From: Octopus vulgaris
Taxonomy: Eukaryota
Reading direction: 5' to 3'
Length of the DNA stretch: 64,000 bases
Assembly: GCA_951406725.2 (NCBI GenBank)
Contig: OX597822.1
Location: 89,776,001 to 89,840,000 of the forward strand
Made by a program: the position numbers and the translations under genes. A model generated the notes under the pieces. That model searched no databases and was not told where the DNA came from. It was given only the letters and a program-made list of their open reading frames with translations. The first letter of the stretch is position 1. Each line of letters starts with the position of its first letter. Below, piece after piece: positions 50,235 to 63,776 of the stretch.

Positions 50235-50920
50235 AATTTTCGTTCGGATGTTTCTAGCTGACAACAAAGACTAGACAGGTTGCTTAGTATAATCACGTGA
50301 TCAAACACCGTTGTTAAGTGCGAGAAATGAATGAATGGATGGATGAATGGATGAATGAATGAATTGATGGATGAATGGATGAATGAATGAATGAATGAAT
50401 GAATGAATGAATGGACGAATGAATGAATAAATGAATGAAAGAATTAATTAATTAATAATTTGTTTAATATTGTAAATTACGTTTTTTTCTAGTTCTAATG
50501 AATATTTACAATCGGCAGAGAATTTTCTTGTATTCAATTAAGCATATGTCAGTAATCCTTTTTTTTCTTTTTTGTAAAACAGTTTATTAAAACATTTGGC
50601 TCCAAGACATGCGCAAAGAAACGATATAACACGAAAGAACATTAAAAAAATTTAGCTTTTATCTGTTTTAATAAATATTTTGTACAAATTTTCACGTGTA
50701 TTTTGAATTTACGCGTCAGTATTGAATTTTAAGTGTTTTCTTTTTAAATATGTTGTCGTGACCGATGTAAAGTCGGATAAATCGACTGGAGTTGAGTTAT
50801 ATCTATTTTTCAAACCATTAATTTGTTAATAAGACGTGACTTGAAGCAATGTAAGCTCAGGTATGTCCGTACGTCGGTATTTCAAATTTTCGGCTTTGTT
50901 TTGTTTCCCTTGTAGTCGAA
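50235..50920. promoter_or_regulatory. CpG-richer promoter region upstream of Mieap, probably bidirectional
   Basis: CpGs are frequent here versus depleted flanks. Palindromic E-box ATCACGTGAT 50292-50301, X-box-like GTTGCTTAGTA about 50279, second CACGTG about 50693, ACGCGT 50711-50716, + strand donor CAG|gtatgt at 50860/50861. Confidence 0.55.
50325..50440. repeat. (GAAT)n/(GGAT)n microsatellite in the promoter interval
   Basis: Directly visible. Confidence 0.95.
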
Positions 50921-51139
50921 ATTTTAAAATCCTATCCTCATTAGAACTTATCTGACTTAACTGTTATTTTCAATCTTTTGCGAAGAAAACTGGAAGAACT
51001 ATAATTCATATGACGTCTAATTTTTCTTTTATATGATAGTACAAAGGCAGAAAAAAAAAGAACTAACAAGAATCAGTGAGGGATTTGCATCGCGTAAAAC
51101 AGTGAAATCAATAGCAACAATAAATACATAACTTTACAT

Positions 51140-51793
51140 TTAGAAGAGGAACGGGATCTTTTCCTTTTGAACGGCACTTTGTAACATAATTTCTAGGTAA
51201 CTAAAAAGTTTTAAACCTTGTATACTGGTAGAATGTGTTTATAAAACATCATTTTCTCTTGGCTTTATTGAGAAAATTCTATAGTTTGTAAAATATTTCG
51301 TCTGAAATTTCGAGCATTTCGGCAATTTTAACCAATCGATTACTTCCATTGACGTAAACAACACTCCGTGCTGTATGAATATGTCCCTCCTTTAAGAAAC
51401 AGATTGGGTTTATTTACTTTTGTAAAGAAAAAAGATACCCTTCCCCCACCCATAACCATAACTCACCCTAACTCTAACCCTAAATCTAAAATAGATTGAA
51501 ATGCAATAGATCGATACTAGGGTTATAATTATAGGTGACAATTTCATACGACACCACTACGGAAAATGGGATTTTTTTCTCGTGGTGTCAAATGAAAATG
51601 TCACCCATAATTATGGCCCTAGTATCGATCTATTGCATTTCAATCTATTTTAGAGTTAGGGTTAGGGGTTGGGGAAGGGTGTCTTTTTTTCTTCACAAAT
51701 GTAAATAAACCCAATCTGTTTCTTAAAGGAGGGACATATTCATTATACACAGAATGTTATTTACCTAAATGGAGGTTATCGATTGGTTAAAAT
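51140..51793. mobile_element. Palindromic MITE with telomere-like TAACCC tracts
   Basis: Arms about 51326-51557 / 51582-51793. Confidence 0.75.
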
Positions 51794-52204
51794 ACACAAT
51801 AGTAATATTTCTGTAACAGGATGTTGGGGTCACAAGGCAGAATGCCGGTTGAAGACATGTCGTGTAGCAGTTGGGGCTTCAATGTTGTGCCAGGTCTCAT
51901 GATACAGGAATTCTTGCAGGTAGTGCTGTGCTGTTAACCTTGGAGAAAATCACAACAGTGAGAAAGCTAAACCTGAGCGAGTGCTGTGTACGTTTAGTGT
52001 TGCTGGAGATGAAGGCGACGGAGATGGAGAACGATGACGGTTGAGATGATGGCGTCAGCTGGAGCAGGAACATGGCTGGGTGGGCTGGTCGTCTATTGAT
52101 GGAACTGGAACTGGCTGAGTCACTCTGTGGTCAGAGGTTAGCCCTGAGAAGAACTAGAACCAAAGACGAGAAATCGTGATTTGCTGGCACCTTTTATAAC
52201 CTGA

Positions 52205-53375
52205 GGTTATAAAAAATGTGTAGGAAACGAATATGAAAACAAAAATGCGTGGAAAGCAATGGAGAGTGGGGAGACTTTAGAAAATCCACAAGATCTGAGG
52301 TCCTCCCTCTTTACTTTTAGGAAAATGGGGTTTTTTTAATAAAATTTTATATAAATACCTTTCAAATGGCATTCATTATGGTTAAAAAGAAATTTGTGCA
52401 TAAAATCTAAGGGGGTAGGGAGAGAACTTTGGTAAATTCACAAGATCTGAGATTTTCGCCCATAACTTTGAGGAAAATGAATATCTTTTAATGAAATTGT
52501 ATATAAATACCTTTCAAATGTCATGCATTACGGATGCCTAATGTGCCATAAATCCCTTATTTTTGTTCAGAAAAAGGGAGGAACCCACAAAAATACATTT
52601 TTTAAAGGTGATGTACGAAACTGCACTAGCCCCTTTTCTTTACCTGTATTTTAAGGTGACATTTTGCAGAAATACGTTTTCTAGAGTGTGTATTATATTA
52701 GATTGAAAATTCAAACAGGTTTGAAAAGAATAATAAGTGAAAATGCTGAAATTATAAAAATTAGTGGTAATGAAGTCTGGATAGGAGAGAGAAAGAATGA
52801 TACAAAATCCTTACAAAACCCACGTTAGTGTTTGTGTGTGAAACAAGTAAAAGTATAATATTAAAACAAAATATATTTTACATATCTTTTAAAAATCACT
52901 GGATATATTAATCCCAGATTGCAGATTGTGGTATATTAGGTCACTGTAATTCATTCATTGAAAAAAGAAAAACATTTTCCAATAATTCACATTTCTCCCC
53001 CCACCTTTTTCTGAACAAAAATAAGGAGTTTGCAGCTCATTAGGCATCTGTAATGCATGCCGTTTGCAAGCTACATATATAGATACAATTTCATTGAAAG
53101 ATATCCATTTACCTTAAAGTTACGAGGAAAAAATCAGATCTTGTGAATTTCCCAAAGTCCTCTCCTCACCTCCTCAAAAAAAGATTTTACCTGCAAATTT
53201 CTTCATAGTCGTAATGTATGCTGTTTGAAAGGTGTTTAAATAAAATTTCATTAAAAAACCCATTTTCCTAAAAGTTATGAAAGAAAAACTCGGATCTTCT
53301 GAATTTTCCGAAGTTCGTTTCCCACCTTTCCTCGCATTTTTATTTTCATATTTGTTTCCTACACATTTTTTTACA
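52205..53375. mobile_element. Fold-back element with about 370-bp imperfect TIRs built of AT-rich subrepeats
   Basis: 52210-52580 is the reverse complement of about 53000-53372; subrepeat cccatttttctgaaagtt also at 49000-49370 and 56975-57190. Confidence 0.7.
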
Positions 53376-54329
53376 CCTGTTGCACTATTTTTTTTTTTGT
53401 TTCCAGGTAATATTGTAAACATTAATCCCATTTGGTATTCTTGCATCATCTTTGGGAGTAATCATTGGCCATCATTGTTTTTGCAGTTGAGGCAGTTTGA
53501 AACCATCAGGTAACAGGTACTTCATTTTCAAGAAAATTTTGCAACTTCGACCCAGTTGTAACTGAGGTTGCTAATAAAATATCTAGATAATTTTGGGTAT
53601 TCAATAATCGAAATTCTTTTCTCTGTTGGGCTCCAAGTCAATTTTTTCCTACACTAATGTCTAATTTGATAATTTTCAATCTTCAAAAACTGATGTCTAA
53701 ACTGGGGCAAAATGAGTAATAATCAATTTCAATAATCTCTTCTCTTTAACTGCATGGGGGAATAAATGGTTTTCGACTTTTGAGGAAATTTTTACAAATT
53801 TGTATTCTACATAAAGGAATTCATATGACTATGAAAAAAACAAAAAGAAAAATTTTTTGTGTCAACCACCTGATACCCTTCTTGTTTCTTTGTCACTCTG
53901 ATGTATTGATGCTTTTCAATATCTTTCTCCCCATGAAGTCAAAATTTAGAACTGTCTATAATTTAAAAAAAAAAAAATTGAAAAATTAAAGAAAAAATTT
54001 TCATAGTTGTATGAATCCTTATGTTTTGAAAATTCCAAAAAATTAAAAAGTTATGAGGGGTTATATGGGGTGCTTAAACCAGAATTCTGTTGAGAGCCAC
54101 TCCAGCAGATAGTGAAGAAACTATAGAGAATATTTTATGTTGAGTTTTTCGATTTAGTCATATTATGCCATTTTCCTATGATTCCTTTTCATTTGACCAA
54201 GATATTGATGTGTATGAGTTTTTTTTTCAAATGTAATTCTAGAAAATTGAAAAGGCAGTTTACCTGAGGTAATTTTTCGAAATAGTGTTCTGAATGTTAT
54301 AGTGTTTTTAATGCATTTAGAGAAGGTCA

Positions 54330-55157
54330 TTTGCTTAGCTGATGTAGCTTTGGTTAGATAGTGAACATTTATAAGAACATTTTTTATCAAGGTCAAAAGT
54401 GCAGTAAATGTTTCTCATTGTGCCCCACCATCCTTACTGGAAACAGGAAAAGCAGACTTTCGGAATATTACCATAAAACCCATTGGAGAAAGAAAACTGG
54501 AAACTTCTGAAGAATGGATTATTAATCCATACTCCTTTGATTTAGATAATATGTTGGATGATGAAGAGTTGAAGGAAGATCTTATTGAACTGTGCACAAA
54601 TCATGTTCTTGAAATGCAGTTTGAAAACAAAACTTTAGAACAATATTGGTGTTCGGCAATGGACATGTTTCCAAGACTTTGTGAAAAAGCACTAAATGTG
54701 CTCATCCCATTCACGACAGCATACTGATGTGTCTGGATTTAGTGTCCTTTTGTCAATGAAGTCAAAATCGAGAAATCATGTGGCTGCACAAGCAGACATG
54801 TGGATTGCTCTCAACAACAAAGTGCCACGTTTTGAAAAACTCTGAAGCAATAAACAGGAACAAAAGCCATTAAATTTAAACTGGCTTATGGACATTTGAA
54901 CATTAGTTCTTTAATTTTTCTGAAGAAATTTCATGCATGAATGAAAATTTAATTTTTTTGTAATCATGCAACTTTTAGTTTGTTGTAATATTTTTTCTTT
55001 TCCATGTTACATTTTTGTTTATATATTATTAAAAATTGATTATACAAATTTGTTTTGGTTACCTTCACCTTTATTCTTATATGAATTATTACTTTAAGGG
55101 GCATGAGAATATATTGAAAGTTTTTAGGGATGCAGGGCATAAAAAAGTTGAAAACCA
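54330..55157 (+). mobile_element. hAT (Charlie/Buster-like) transposon 3' part
   Basis: WIINPY..EDLIEL..YW..FPRLCEKALNVLIPFTTAY*C.SGFS..KSKSRN dimerisation region; end AAAAAGTTGAAAACCA. Confidence 0.85.
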
Positions 55158-55584
55158 AAATAACAATAAATAAAATCAGAAGTTACCCATTTTGCCCCAC
55201 CTACATCCCTAAATCTATCATGAAAATACATTTCTTCATACTTCATTTTCTCTTATTTTATTTTTTTCACTCTCCTCCCTTACGTTTCCAACCTCTCCTA
55301 CTAATGATGCTACCCTGTTATCTTACTATATTCTAATCATGTTGCCTGAGATACACAAACACATACACATTGCATATGCATCTACAAAATGAAAAATGAA
55401 ATTTTGAAAAGGTTATGTAATGTGTGTAAGTAGGTATGTGTGCACCTGCCAATTGTTTTCACATTAAATTCCAATATAATTGTACTCTACACCATTTGTA
55501 GCCATGTACCTCCTTGAAGAATTTTTAGTCAAACAAATCAACCCCAAGGCTTCTTATTTTTTAAAGCCTGGTACTTAATCTATA

Positions 55585-56040
55585 ATAATAATAATAATAA
55601 TAATAATTGTGTACAGTGCTCAGGTGCACTACAACTCATCTAAAGTGTATATATAATCAGGTGTAGTTTCGGCGGATTTCAGAAAGCATGAGGGCCTTAA
55701 AGGATGCAGTGTCATGGCAGTCAACAACTGACGCAGGCAGTTTATTCCATGCTTCAGCAACTCTGAGCGTGAAAAAATGTTTCCGAAAGTCATGGGAGCT
55801 GTGTTGTTTTCTGACTTTGTAGGCATGTCCACGTGTGTTAGACACATGTAGATCAAAAAGGTGTTCAGTGTTGTTGTTGGTGAGGTGGTTGATAACTTTG
55901 TGGGTGTTTACCAAGTCCGTCGCCAGACGCCGTAGCTTCAGTGAATCCATGCCCAGGGAAACAAGGCTCTCAGAATATGGTAGGTATCTGATGGAGGGTA
56001 TGCGTTTGGTTGCACGTCTCTGGACAGATTCCAGGAGGTC
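55585..56040 (-). mobile_element. CR1-clade LINE 3' end with (ATT)n tail, nested in a SINE
   Basis: LESVQRRATK..RRL..DL..TRGHAYK..FFTLRVAEAWNKLP (ORF 55657-56139). Confidence 0.9.
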
Positions 56041-56187
56041 TCTTTTGATTCCTATCAGTCTCTTTTGCTGAGCCACTAAGTTATGGGGATGTAAACACAC
56101 CAACACCAGTTGTGAAGCAGCAGTAGGGGATAAACACACTCACACATAGATATGTACATACTTACATTACATATACATATATATATA

Positions 56188-56415
56188 TTGGGCTGGTGCA
56201 TAATTATTGCAGCTTTTTTTCAACAAATTTTATTCAACAAAAGCAATAACAACATGTAACAAAGACATCTTTAAATGATTATTCCGTAGCATATTCACCA
56301 TCTACTTCAATTACTGCTTCCCATTTGCTTGGCAGCCCATCATTTAAAGATGTTTTTGTTAAATACTGTTATTGAATAAAATTTGTTGGAAAAAAGCTGC
56401 AATAACAACCCAATG
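56188..56415. mobile_element. mariner-derived MITE in (TA)n
   Basis: TA-TTGGGCTGGTGCATAATTATTGCAGC ... GCTGCAATAA..CAACCCAA inverted ends. Confidence 0.7.
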
Positions 56416-56473
56416 TATAAATATATATATATATACAACAGGCTTCTTTCAGTTTCTCTCTACCAAATCCAGT

Positions 56474-56857
56474 GTGGAGGCACAATGGCCCAGTGGTTAG
56501 GGCAGTGGACTTGCAATCATAGGGTAATAGTTTTGATTCCTAGACTGGGCATTGTGAGTGTTTACTGAGCAAAAACACCTAAAGCTCTACGTGGCACTGG
56601 CAGGGTGTGGTGGCGAACCCTGCTGTATTCTTCAACCACAACTTTCTCTCACTCTTTCTTTACTGTTTCTATTGTACCTGCATTTCAAAGGGCCAGCCTT
56701 GTTGCACTCTTTGTCATGCTGAATCTCCCTGAGAACTATGTTAAGGGTGCATGTGTCTGTGGAGTGCTCAACCATTTGCACTTTAATTTCATGAGCAGGC
56801 TGTTCTGTTGATCGTATCAACTGGAACCCTTGTTGTCATAACCGACGGAGTGCCGTG
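56474..56857 (+). mobile_element. tRNA-derived SINE with 12-bp TSD inside another SINE
   Basis: TSD ACCAAATCCAGT at 56462-56473 and 56858-56869; head tggaggcacaatggcccagtggttaggg. Confidence 0.85.
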
Positions 56858-59800
56858 ACCAAATCCAGTAACAAGGCTTTAGTCGGCCTGAGGCTATAGT
56901 GTCATGCAGTAGGACTGAACCTGGATCCAAGTGGTTGGAAAGCAAGCTTCTTCTCACACAGCCATGCTTATTTATAGAAAATTTAAATTTAAAAAAATAC
57001 CCTTTTTCTGAAAGTTATGAGGAGACAAAGTCTATTTGTGTGAATTATCCAAAACTCCTTTCCCTCAAATCCAAAAAATACTTTTTGCAGCAAATTCCAA
57101 TGCAATTAGAATCTACACTATCTGAGAAGTAGTTGTAGAAAATTCCTATGAAAAATATCCATTTTTCTAAAGTTATGAGGAAACAAAATGTTGGTGGGGG
57201 TACACTTGTGTATGTATGCCTATTTACTTTGTAGCAGTGTCTCAAAACCCAACTACTTGAAAGTCAGTCAGACACCACAAGTGAACCGCCATAGTTTCAT
57301 GTGATTGGTCTATTAATTGACCAGTCAGTGTGAGGCTGTAGCATAGTATGGTTTTCTTGAACATTCTAGAATTAGGCTTCTGGTCCCTTATAAAACTATT
57401 TGGCATGTAGCATAGAGTGCAGATAGCTAACAAAGTTCTGTTGCCACAGAAATGTGCACAGGCAACTTCACATAGTTTTGGACCAACTGTATGTTGTCAC
57501 ACAGATTACTTTCTATAATTTCAGAACAGTTTGTCACTCTCCTAATTGACAATTATTTATATGGTTCATTATAAATACCCGACACCAAACACTAGTTATG
57601 TTCATGAGTTTGCTCCAATTATTATCCATACAGCCAACAAAATATATCTTTATTTCCCTGCTATACCAGCAACTAAAACTCCTCACAACAACTTATTTTA
57701 ATTATTGTGAAAATCCAGAAACTGAATAATTACATAGGCTAGCAATGATCACTGGATTTAATATTCCACAGTTACATTGTCAACCAACAGCTAGTATTAT
57801 TTTGGTTGATGACTGTCCAAAGGTTTTATTGGAGGAAAGGTAGATATTTTATTTTGTAAGTAAGATATGCTGTTGTTCAATTTTTGAGTTGTTGAATTAA
57901 GTTCAGTCCAGCATTTAGTCATTAAGTGCAAACTATCTAAGCAATGGTAGTGCCAGGCCAGAGCAAAGTTGCGCAATGGGTCTGGCTCCCACCAAAATTG
58001 CCCTGGTTCAAAATTTGATTTAAATGTAACCGATACATATTTCTTTCATTCCACATTTGCAAATGAGAGAGAAAAAAATACTATTACTGTTTTACATTCA
58101 ACTGCTCTAGGTCTTGCTCCAAATTTCAACAGCAATACAGTAAGTGAAAGAAATAAGAGAGAGGGTCAGAGAAGAGAAAGATGTGATAAAGAAGAGTAAA
58201 TAGGGAGACAATGTGAAGTGTAAGGGGATAAATAGTACCAGTTATGCACCTGCTTATGTAATGCTGTAGCTAGAAGAGTGGAGGAATGAGTATTAGAAGA
58301 GGAGTTGTCCATTTCCCATACTGGCATGGGATGGATCCAATGAGTTGGAGAAACATATCATGCTCCAATGTCTGCTTTGGCATGGTTTCTGTGGCTGGCT
58401 GCCCTTGATTTTGCTAAATACTCAACAGTGTGTACTGGCTGCTTTTTTTGTGGCACCAGCATTAGTGAGGTTGCTTTGCAATTTGCAAGACAAAGAACTT
58501 AATGAGCACTTATATAGCTGAAAGAGAGGGTTCATTGATTCTAAGCAGAGTGATGAGAAAGGAACAGATTGATGATAGTTGTGAGAGGGTGAAAGGGGAG
58601 AGAGTTACAAAGTAGACACTATTAGAGGAGAGATTATGGATGGGGCAGAGGATAAGAAAAGGATTAGTGTCAAGAGTTAGCTAGAAAGGGACAAAATATT
58701 AAGGCTGATAAAGTGGGTTGGGAAGTGGGGTGTCCAGCTCAACTCACATTATAAAGGCAAGTATCAATGATAGGTGTGAAAGGAAAGGGAACATAAATGG
58801 CAGAGCATAAAGAGTCATTGAAAAAGTCATGGGAGTAGACCAGAAATGAGATGTGGAGATGGCAGAAGAGGTGTCGGGAATGGACTGAGGAAAATAAGGC
58901 AGAAGGTGGGAGAGCAGTGAGTGAGTGCAGCATGAGTAAGGAGTAAAAGAGAGATTGAAGGGTACCATAGAGGTGGAAGGACAGCAGTGTGTAAATGCAG
59001 AGAATGTATCTCAGGTAAAGAGACCATGTGGAGAGGACAGTGAGAAGAAAAAACGATGAACTACATTCATCCACTGTCCCATGAGGAAGGACAATGGATG
59101 AATGCAGTGAGATCGATGTCAGAAAGAAAAGCTGGAGGATACCATAGACGTGGGAGGGAGTACAGGGTAAATGCAGTGAGAGCAGGGATATAAGAAGACT
59201 GAAGGAGGAGGATACCACTGAAATGGGGTGAGAAAAGATGAAATTAGTGGAAGCATCAGTTGCAGAGAGATGGAGAAGGAGAGGCAGAAGAGGAGCAAGA
59301 GAATATCAGCCACCAGCACCCTCCTTGTTATATCCATGCTTGGTTGAAAGAATGGGTTTTTCTCCAGTACATGTTACCAGTTGTCACTGCCACTTTTCAT
59401 CTCCATTACAAGGCTCAGCATTTTAAACCAGTTTTTATCACTTCATCCCATATCTTTTTATACAAATGTACACACACATATAAATGTATGGATGGATGAA
59501 TGGATGGGTATGCATGTACATGCCTGTATGAATGCTTACATTTTGCACTTTACATGCAAAATTGCTGAACTGCAGACAATGATAGTTGTTGACATTTCCT
59601 GTCAACAAATCATCCACTAGCTCTACTTCTTCAAAGACAAGTGGAGCATAAACTTGCTAAACTGAAAAACAGGAAAGAGCTAGCAATAAAAAAAGGCATC
59701 CACTCACAAAACAATGCCTCAATAATATGTATTTTTCTAACCCATGCCACCAAGTAAAACAATCAAATTTGTTTGATCAGTCAAACAAATAATGATATTT

Positions 59801-60439
59801 GTTTGTTCAATCAAACAAATAAGTCCCTGTCCAACCACTGGTTGGTCAGGGACTTGCTTGAGGCAACAAATTCACTACTCCACTAGTCTTTGAAACATCA
59901 CATCACTCAGATGACAAGCAAAGCTGTGGAATGTCAGATATGCACACACACACACAGAGAAAAACATATATATATATGCACACAGTAATACTTTGGTTAC
60001 GTCTCAATTATGTTTCTAAAAAAATGCAAATATAAAGAAAACAGCATCACATGGGGTTATTATAACAGCATAGAGATACAAGCTATTTTTAGTGGTATGA
60101 ATACAAGCGATGGTGTAGGCAATGCTGTTGCACCCTCTTAACAACTTTAGGTGTCATCAAGCAATTTCATGTTACACACTGTAATCTAGAATTGATAAAA
60201 TAGAAAACTAGTTTCATTAAGATGCAATGTTATTATTCAATCATGAAACAGGTTTAATTAATCAACTTAAGCCTTGTGTACACAAACCTATGCACTTCTC
60301 ATTCAGTTGAAAAGCAAAAGTACAAAATAGGACAATAGGGGGATATATTTGCTCCAGGCTCTGGTTTTTCTTCACACGTTCATTGCTTCTTGGCGACTGC
60401 ATTCTCTTAAGTCTTTTCTCATGAAACAATTACATAAGT

Positions 60440-62040
60440 ATACATATGACAACCATCCCAGCTATATACAGGAGTGCTTTGTTAGTAAATTAAAAGTCAG
60501 TAATAAATATAGTAATGAACTTAGTGTGCAGGTAGGAGTCCACTAGGGCTCATTTCTCAGTCTGCTCTTATTTATTATAATCCTCCAGGCCATAACAGAG
60601 GTGTTTAAGACTGAGTGCCCATAGGAGCTCCTCTACGCTGATGATCGTATTCTTATAGCTGAATTTATAGTAGAATCAGAAAAGTTTCGGGTGTGGAGGC
60701 AAGGCTTGGAATCAAAGGGTCTTGAAGTTAACCTAACAAAGATTGAAACCTGAATAAGCCGGAAAGCAAACAAATTACTAATTCCTTCAGGAAAATGGCT
60801 CTGCCCAATATGTAGGAAAGGTGTAGTTGGAAATTCCATATGGTGTATTCAGTACAAATTATGGACACATAAAACGTGCAGTGGAATCACAGAAAAGTTA
60901 ATAGAGAAAGTAGTTTTTGTGTGTACTAGATGTGCAGGAACAATAAACACTAAGAACTCATTGGAAATAGATTCTCTCAAATGCTCAGGAGATACCTTAA
61001 AGATAGTAGATAGTTTTGTTACCACAGCACCCTAAATAGCAGTGGAGGAGGATGTTCTGAAAGCATAGTCACTAGAATCAGAACTGGCTGGAAAAAGTTC
61101 AGAAAACTATTACCTTTGTTGGTAACAAAGGGCTTCTCTCTCAGGATGAACATCATATGATCTGCCTTTCATGTATTAACAGCAATGCTACATGGTAGTG
61201 AAACGTGGGCTGTGAATGCAGATAACATACTTAAGCGCAAAAGAAATGAAGCTAGCCTGTTCTGTTGGATATGCAATGTCAGTATGCATGTATGACAAAG
61301 AGTAAATGAGTTGAAAGCAAAACTGTGCATAAGATACATCAGATGTGGTATGCAAAAGACTGCACTGATATAGTCATGTGATGTATATGGATGAAGACAC
61401 TAGCATAAAGAAGTACTGATCACTAAATGTGAATGGAACCTATGGAAGAGGTAGACTCAGGAAAAAGTGGTGAGAAATGACCTTCAGATGTTGAGGCTCA
61501 CATAAAATATGATAAAGGACCGAGATAATTGGTGATTTGCTGTGCTTCAGAAGACCTGCCTATCTAAGTAGTAATGAAACTCTAAAGGCACATTGATCGT
61601 GTCTATGCTCCTCATCTTCCTAACACATCTGCCTCCCTTCACTCATTTCACCTCTATCTCTCACTCACACGAACTTACCTGTGCACAACTTGTCTCTTTT
61701 CTCTGCAACTCATATTCGTGAACACACATGTATACACTCATTGTATTTGCTTCCCTATCATATATTCTCCTTTTGCACTTTCATGAACTTACATGCCCAC
61801 TCACCCTATCTAATCCTCTGTACCACTTATATACTTCTTGTAATGTGAGGCTGGGTCCCAATACATCTTTACCATTTTCTCTTTCTCTTTTCCTAACTGG
61901 GGTAGCCATGTATCTCATCTACAGCAAGAAACTTTTTTTTATCCCTCTATCATACTCTAACCTTTCATTAGCTAGCACAAAGCCACCTACCCTCAATACA
62001 ACTTCCCTGTCAGTTGAGGGGGCTTGTCTAATGAATTCAC
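60440..62040 (+). mobile_element. Decayed RTE-type LINE 3' half with Cys-rich insertion and CT-rich 3' UTR
   Basis: VQVGVH*GS.LS.LLFIIIL, ELLYADD, WLCPICRKGV..NSIWC..HKTCSGI, GWKKFRKLLP, MLHGSETW. Confidence 0.85.
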
Positions 62041-62659
62041 ATTATATGTATATATATATTTTCACGAATTTGGGTAAACAAACTGGACAATATATGTAAA
62101 GTATATCCATTTACAACTGATGAGTCACTCCATCACTACTCAACAAAAAGCAGAACTGATTTTGCAAGAAACTGATTAGTGACAAACCGTGTCATCAACT
62201 TCAAACAAATATATATGTTGGCTGTAATAAATGAAAGAACAAGTTCTCAATACCATTGTACTGAATAGTAATTTATTTAAGATGATGGGCATTTCCATGA
62301 CATGAAAATGGTTCATTGAACATTATCAACAGTTTAATCTGTCCAATGAACAGGCTTGACATTTAAATTTTATTGTAGATGTTAGCAAGTTTCATTAATT
62401 TTCCAGTTTATTTCTTGTTAGAGTGTTTACAATTTTGGCATGTTTAGATTACAGGTGTACGCTAAAAAGTTAGATGTACTATACATCGCTACCGTTGCTA
62501 TAACAGCTGGAAAATCTCTACTACTCATAGTTTTAAGTTGTTTTTTCTCTCCCTCCAGCTGTAAGTTCATTGTCCAACTTACAGCTGAAATAGGTTGCTT
62601 CTTAAAAACTGTAAATAGCACCCTTAAATTTTTGATATATACTAATTAAATGTAGTTGA

Positions 62660-63350
62660 AAAACCTTTCCTGATCTATGAATAACAGAAGCCACCTCTGT
62701 ATTTTAGATGTCAACAGTAGAACTTTTGTATAGTCACCTTAGTTTGAAAAATAAAATCAAGATGGCAAGGTATGAGACACTTGTTAATGGCACAGAGGGA
62801 CTTCATTTTCACCAATAAACACAGTGGCAATTTCATTACTTATAAAATAAATTATTAGGTACACATTCTAAATTTTGAACAGCAACAATAGTGTAAAGTT
62901 GGTATATGCTGGATGATCATTTTCTGTGCACAGGTATGGTAATTTCTGTACCAAGTAAAATGAAAGAAACTGTACAGATATTATTAGCTTCTTTCAGGAT
63001 ATGACTGCAGAAAAGAAAGTCAAATTTTACATTATGACCACAGCATATAAGCTCAATTCTGGATCTCAAAGTATTACAATGAAGATAGGATCTAGCCATT
63101 ACTCTGATGTAAATTGTAGGGTTCAACTGAAACTTGCTCATTTTTTTGCCATATCATAGGAGTACCAGATTGCAAATTGTCTCTAATGTTGTCTTCTTGT
63201 CTGAACATTTCTCAAATCAACTAAGTGCTCATTCAGTATTTCTTGCATTTGATTCCTTTCTTGAGGCTCTACATATTCTACCAGCTGGTCTTTGAGTTAT
63301 TTAGTTGCATTTGCTTTCCGTTAATGTTATTACTGACAATCAGTTTCCTG
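62660..63350 (-). mobile_element. Possible decayed DNA transposase remnant (Sola-like)
   Basis: Minus-strand fragments WYSYDMAK and TVSFILLG resemble Sola-type HYSFD.AQ and SFL..GHT motifs; many stops. Confidence 0.3.
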
Positions 63351-63728
63351 TTTTCTAGCCACATTCTTTTTTTTTTTTTTAATCTGTTGATTTTCTATTT
63401 GATAGACTTTGTAATTTTTTTGTTTTGCTCTTCTTTAAAGACTGTATATAAAAGAAAAAAAATTTTATGACTGGATGCTCTTCCTGTCACCAGCTTTTAT
63501 CTGCTTTCAAATAAGAGATTAAATATTTTTTTAATTTTTAGCACAGGGCAACCAGTCAACTAGGAAGGTCAACATTACCACTCCTTTGCACAACTGATGA
63601 CAAGCTTGGAATATCAACTTTCATGCATATCTGTGCATACATACACACTACACACACACATGAATATACATATGTATAAGTGTGTAACATAAAATGTATG
63701 TGTTATATATATGTGTGTGTGATATACA

Positions 63729-63776
<48 letters not shown>

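Noticed and set aside
50260-50620. p53 response element for Mieap
   Set aside because: Only isolated imperfect half-sites (AGACTAGACA, AGACATGCGC) were seen, with no paired RRRCWWGYYY decamers.
51445-51675. Telomere-like TAACCC/TTAGGG tracts
   Set aside because: They are short, degenerate and mirrored inside a palindromic MITE; this is not a chromosome end.
62440-62649. Possible + strand exon/ORF
   Set aside because: There is no recognisable protein similarity and no phase-consistent partner exons.
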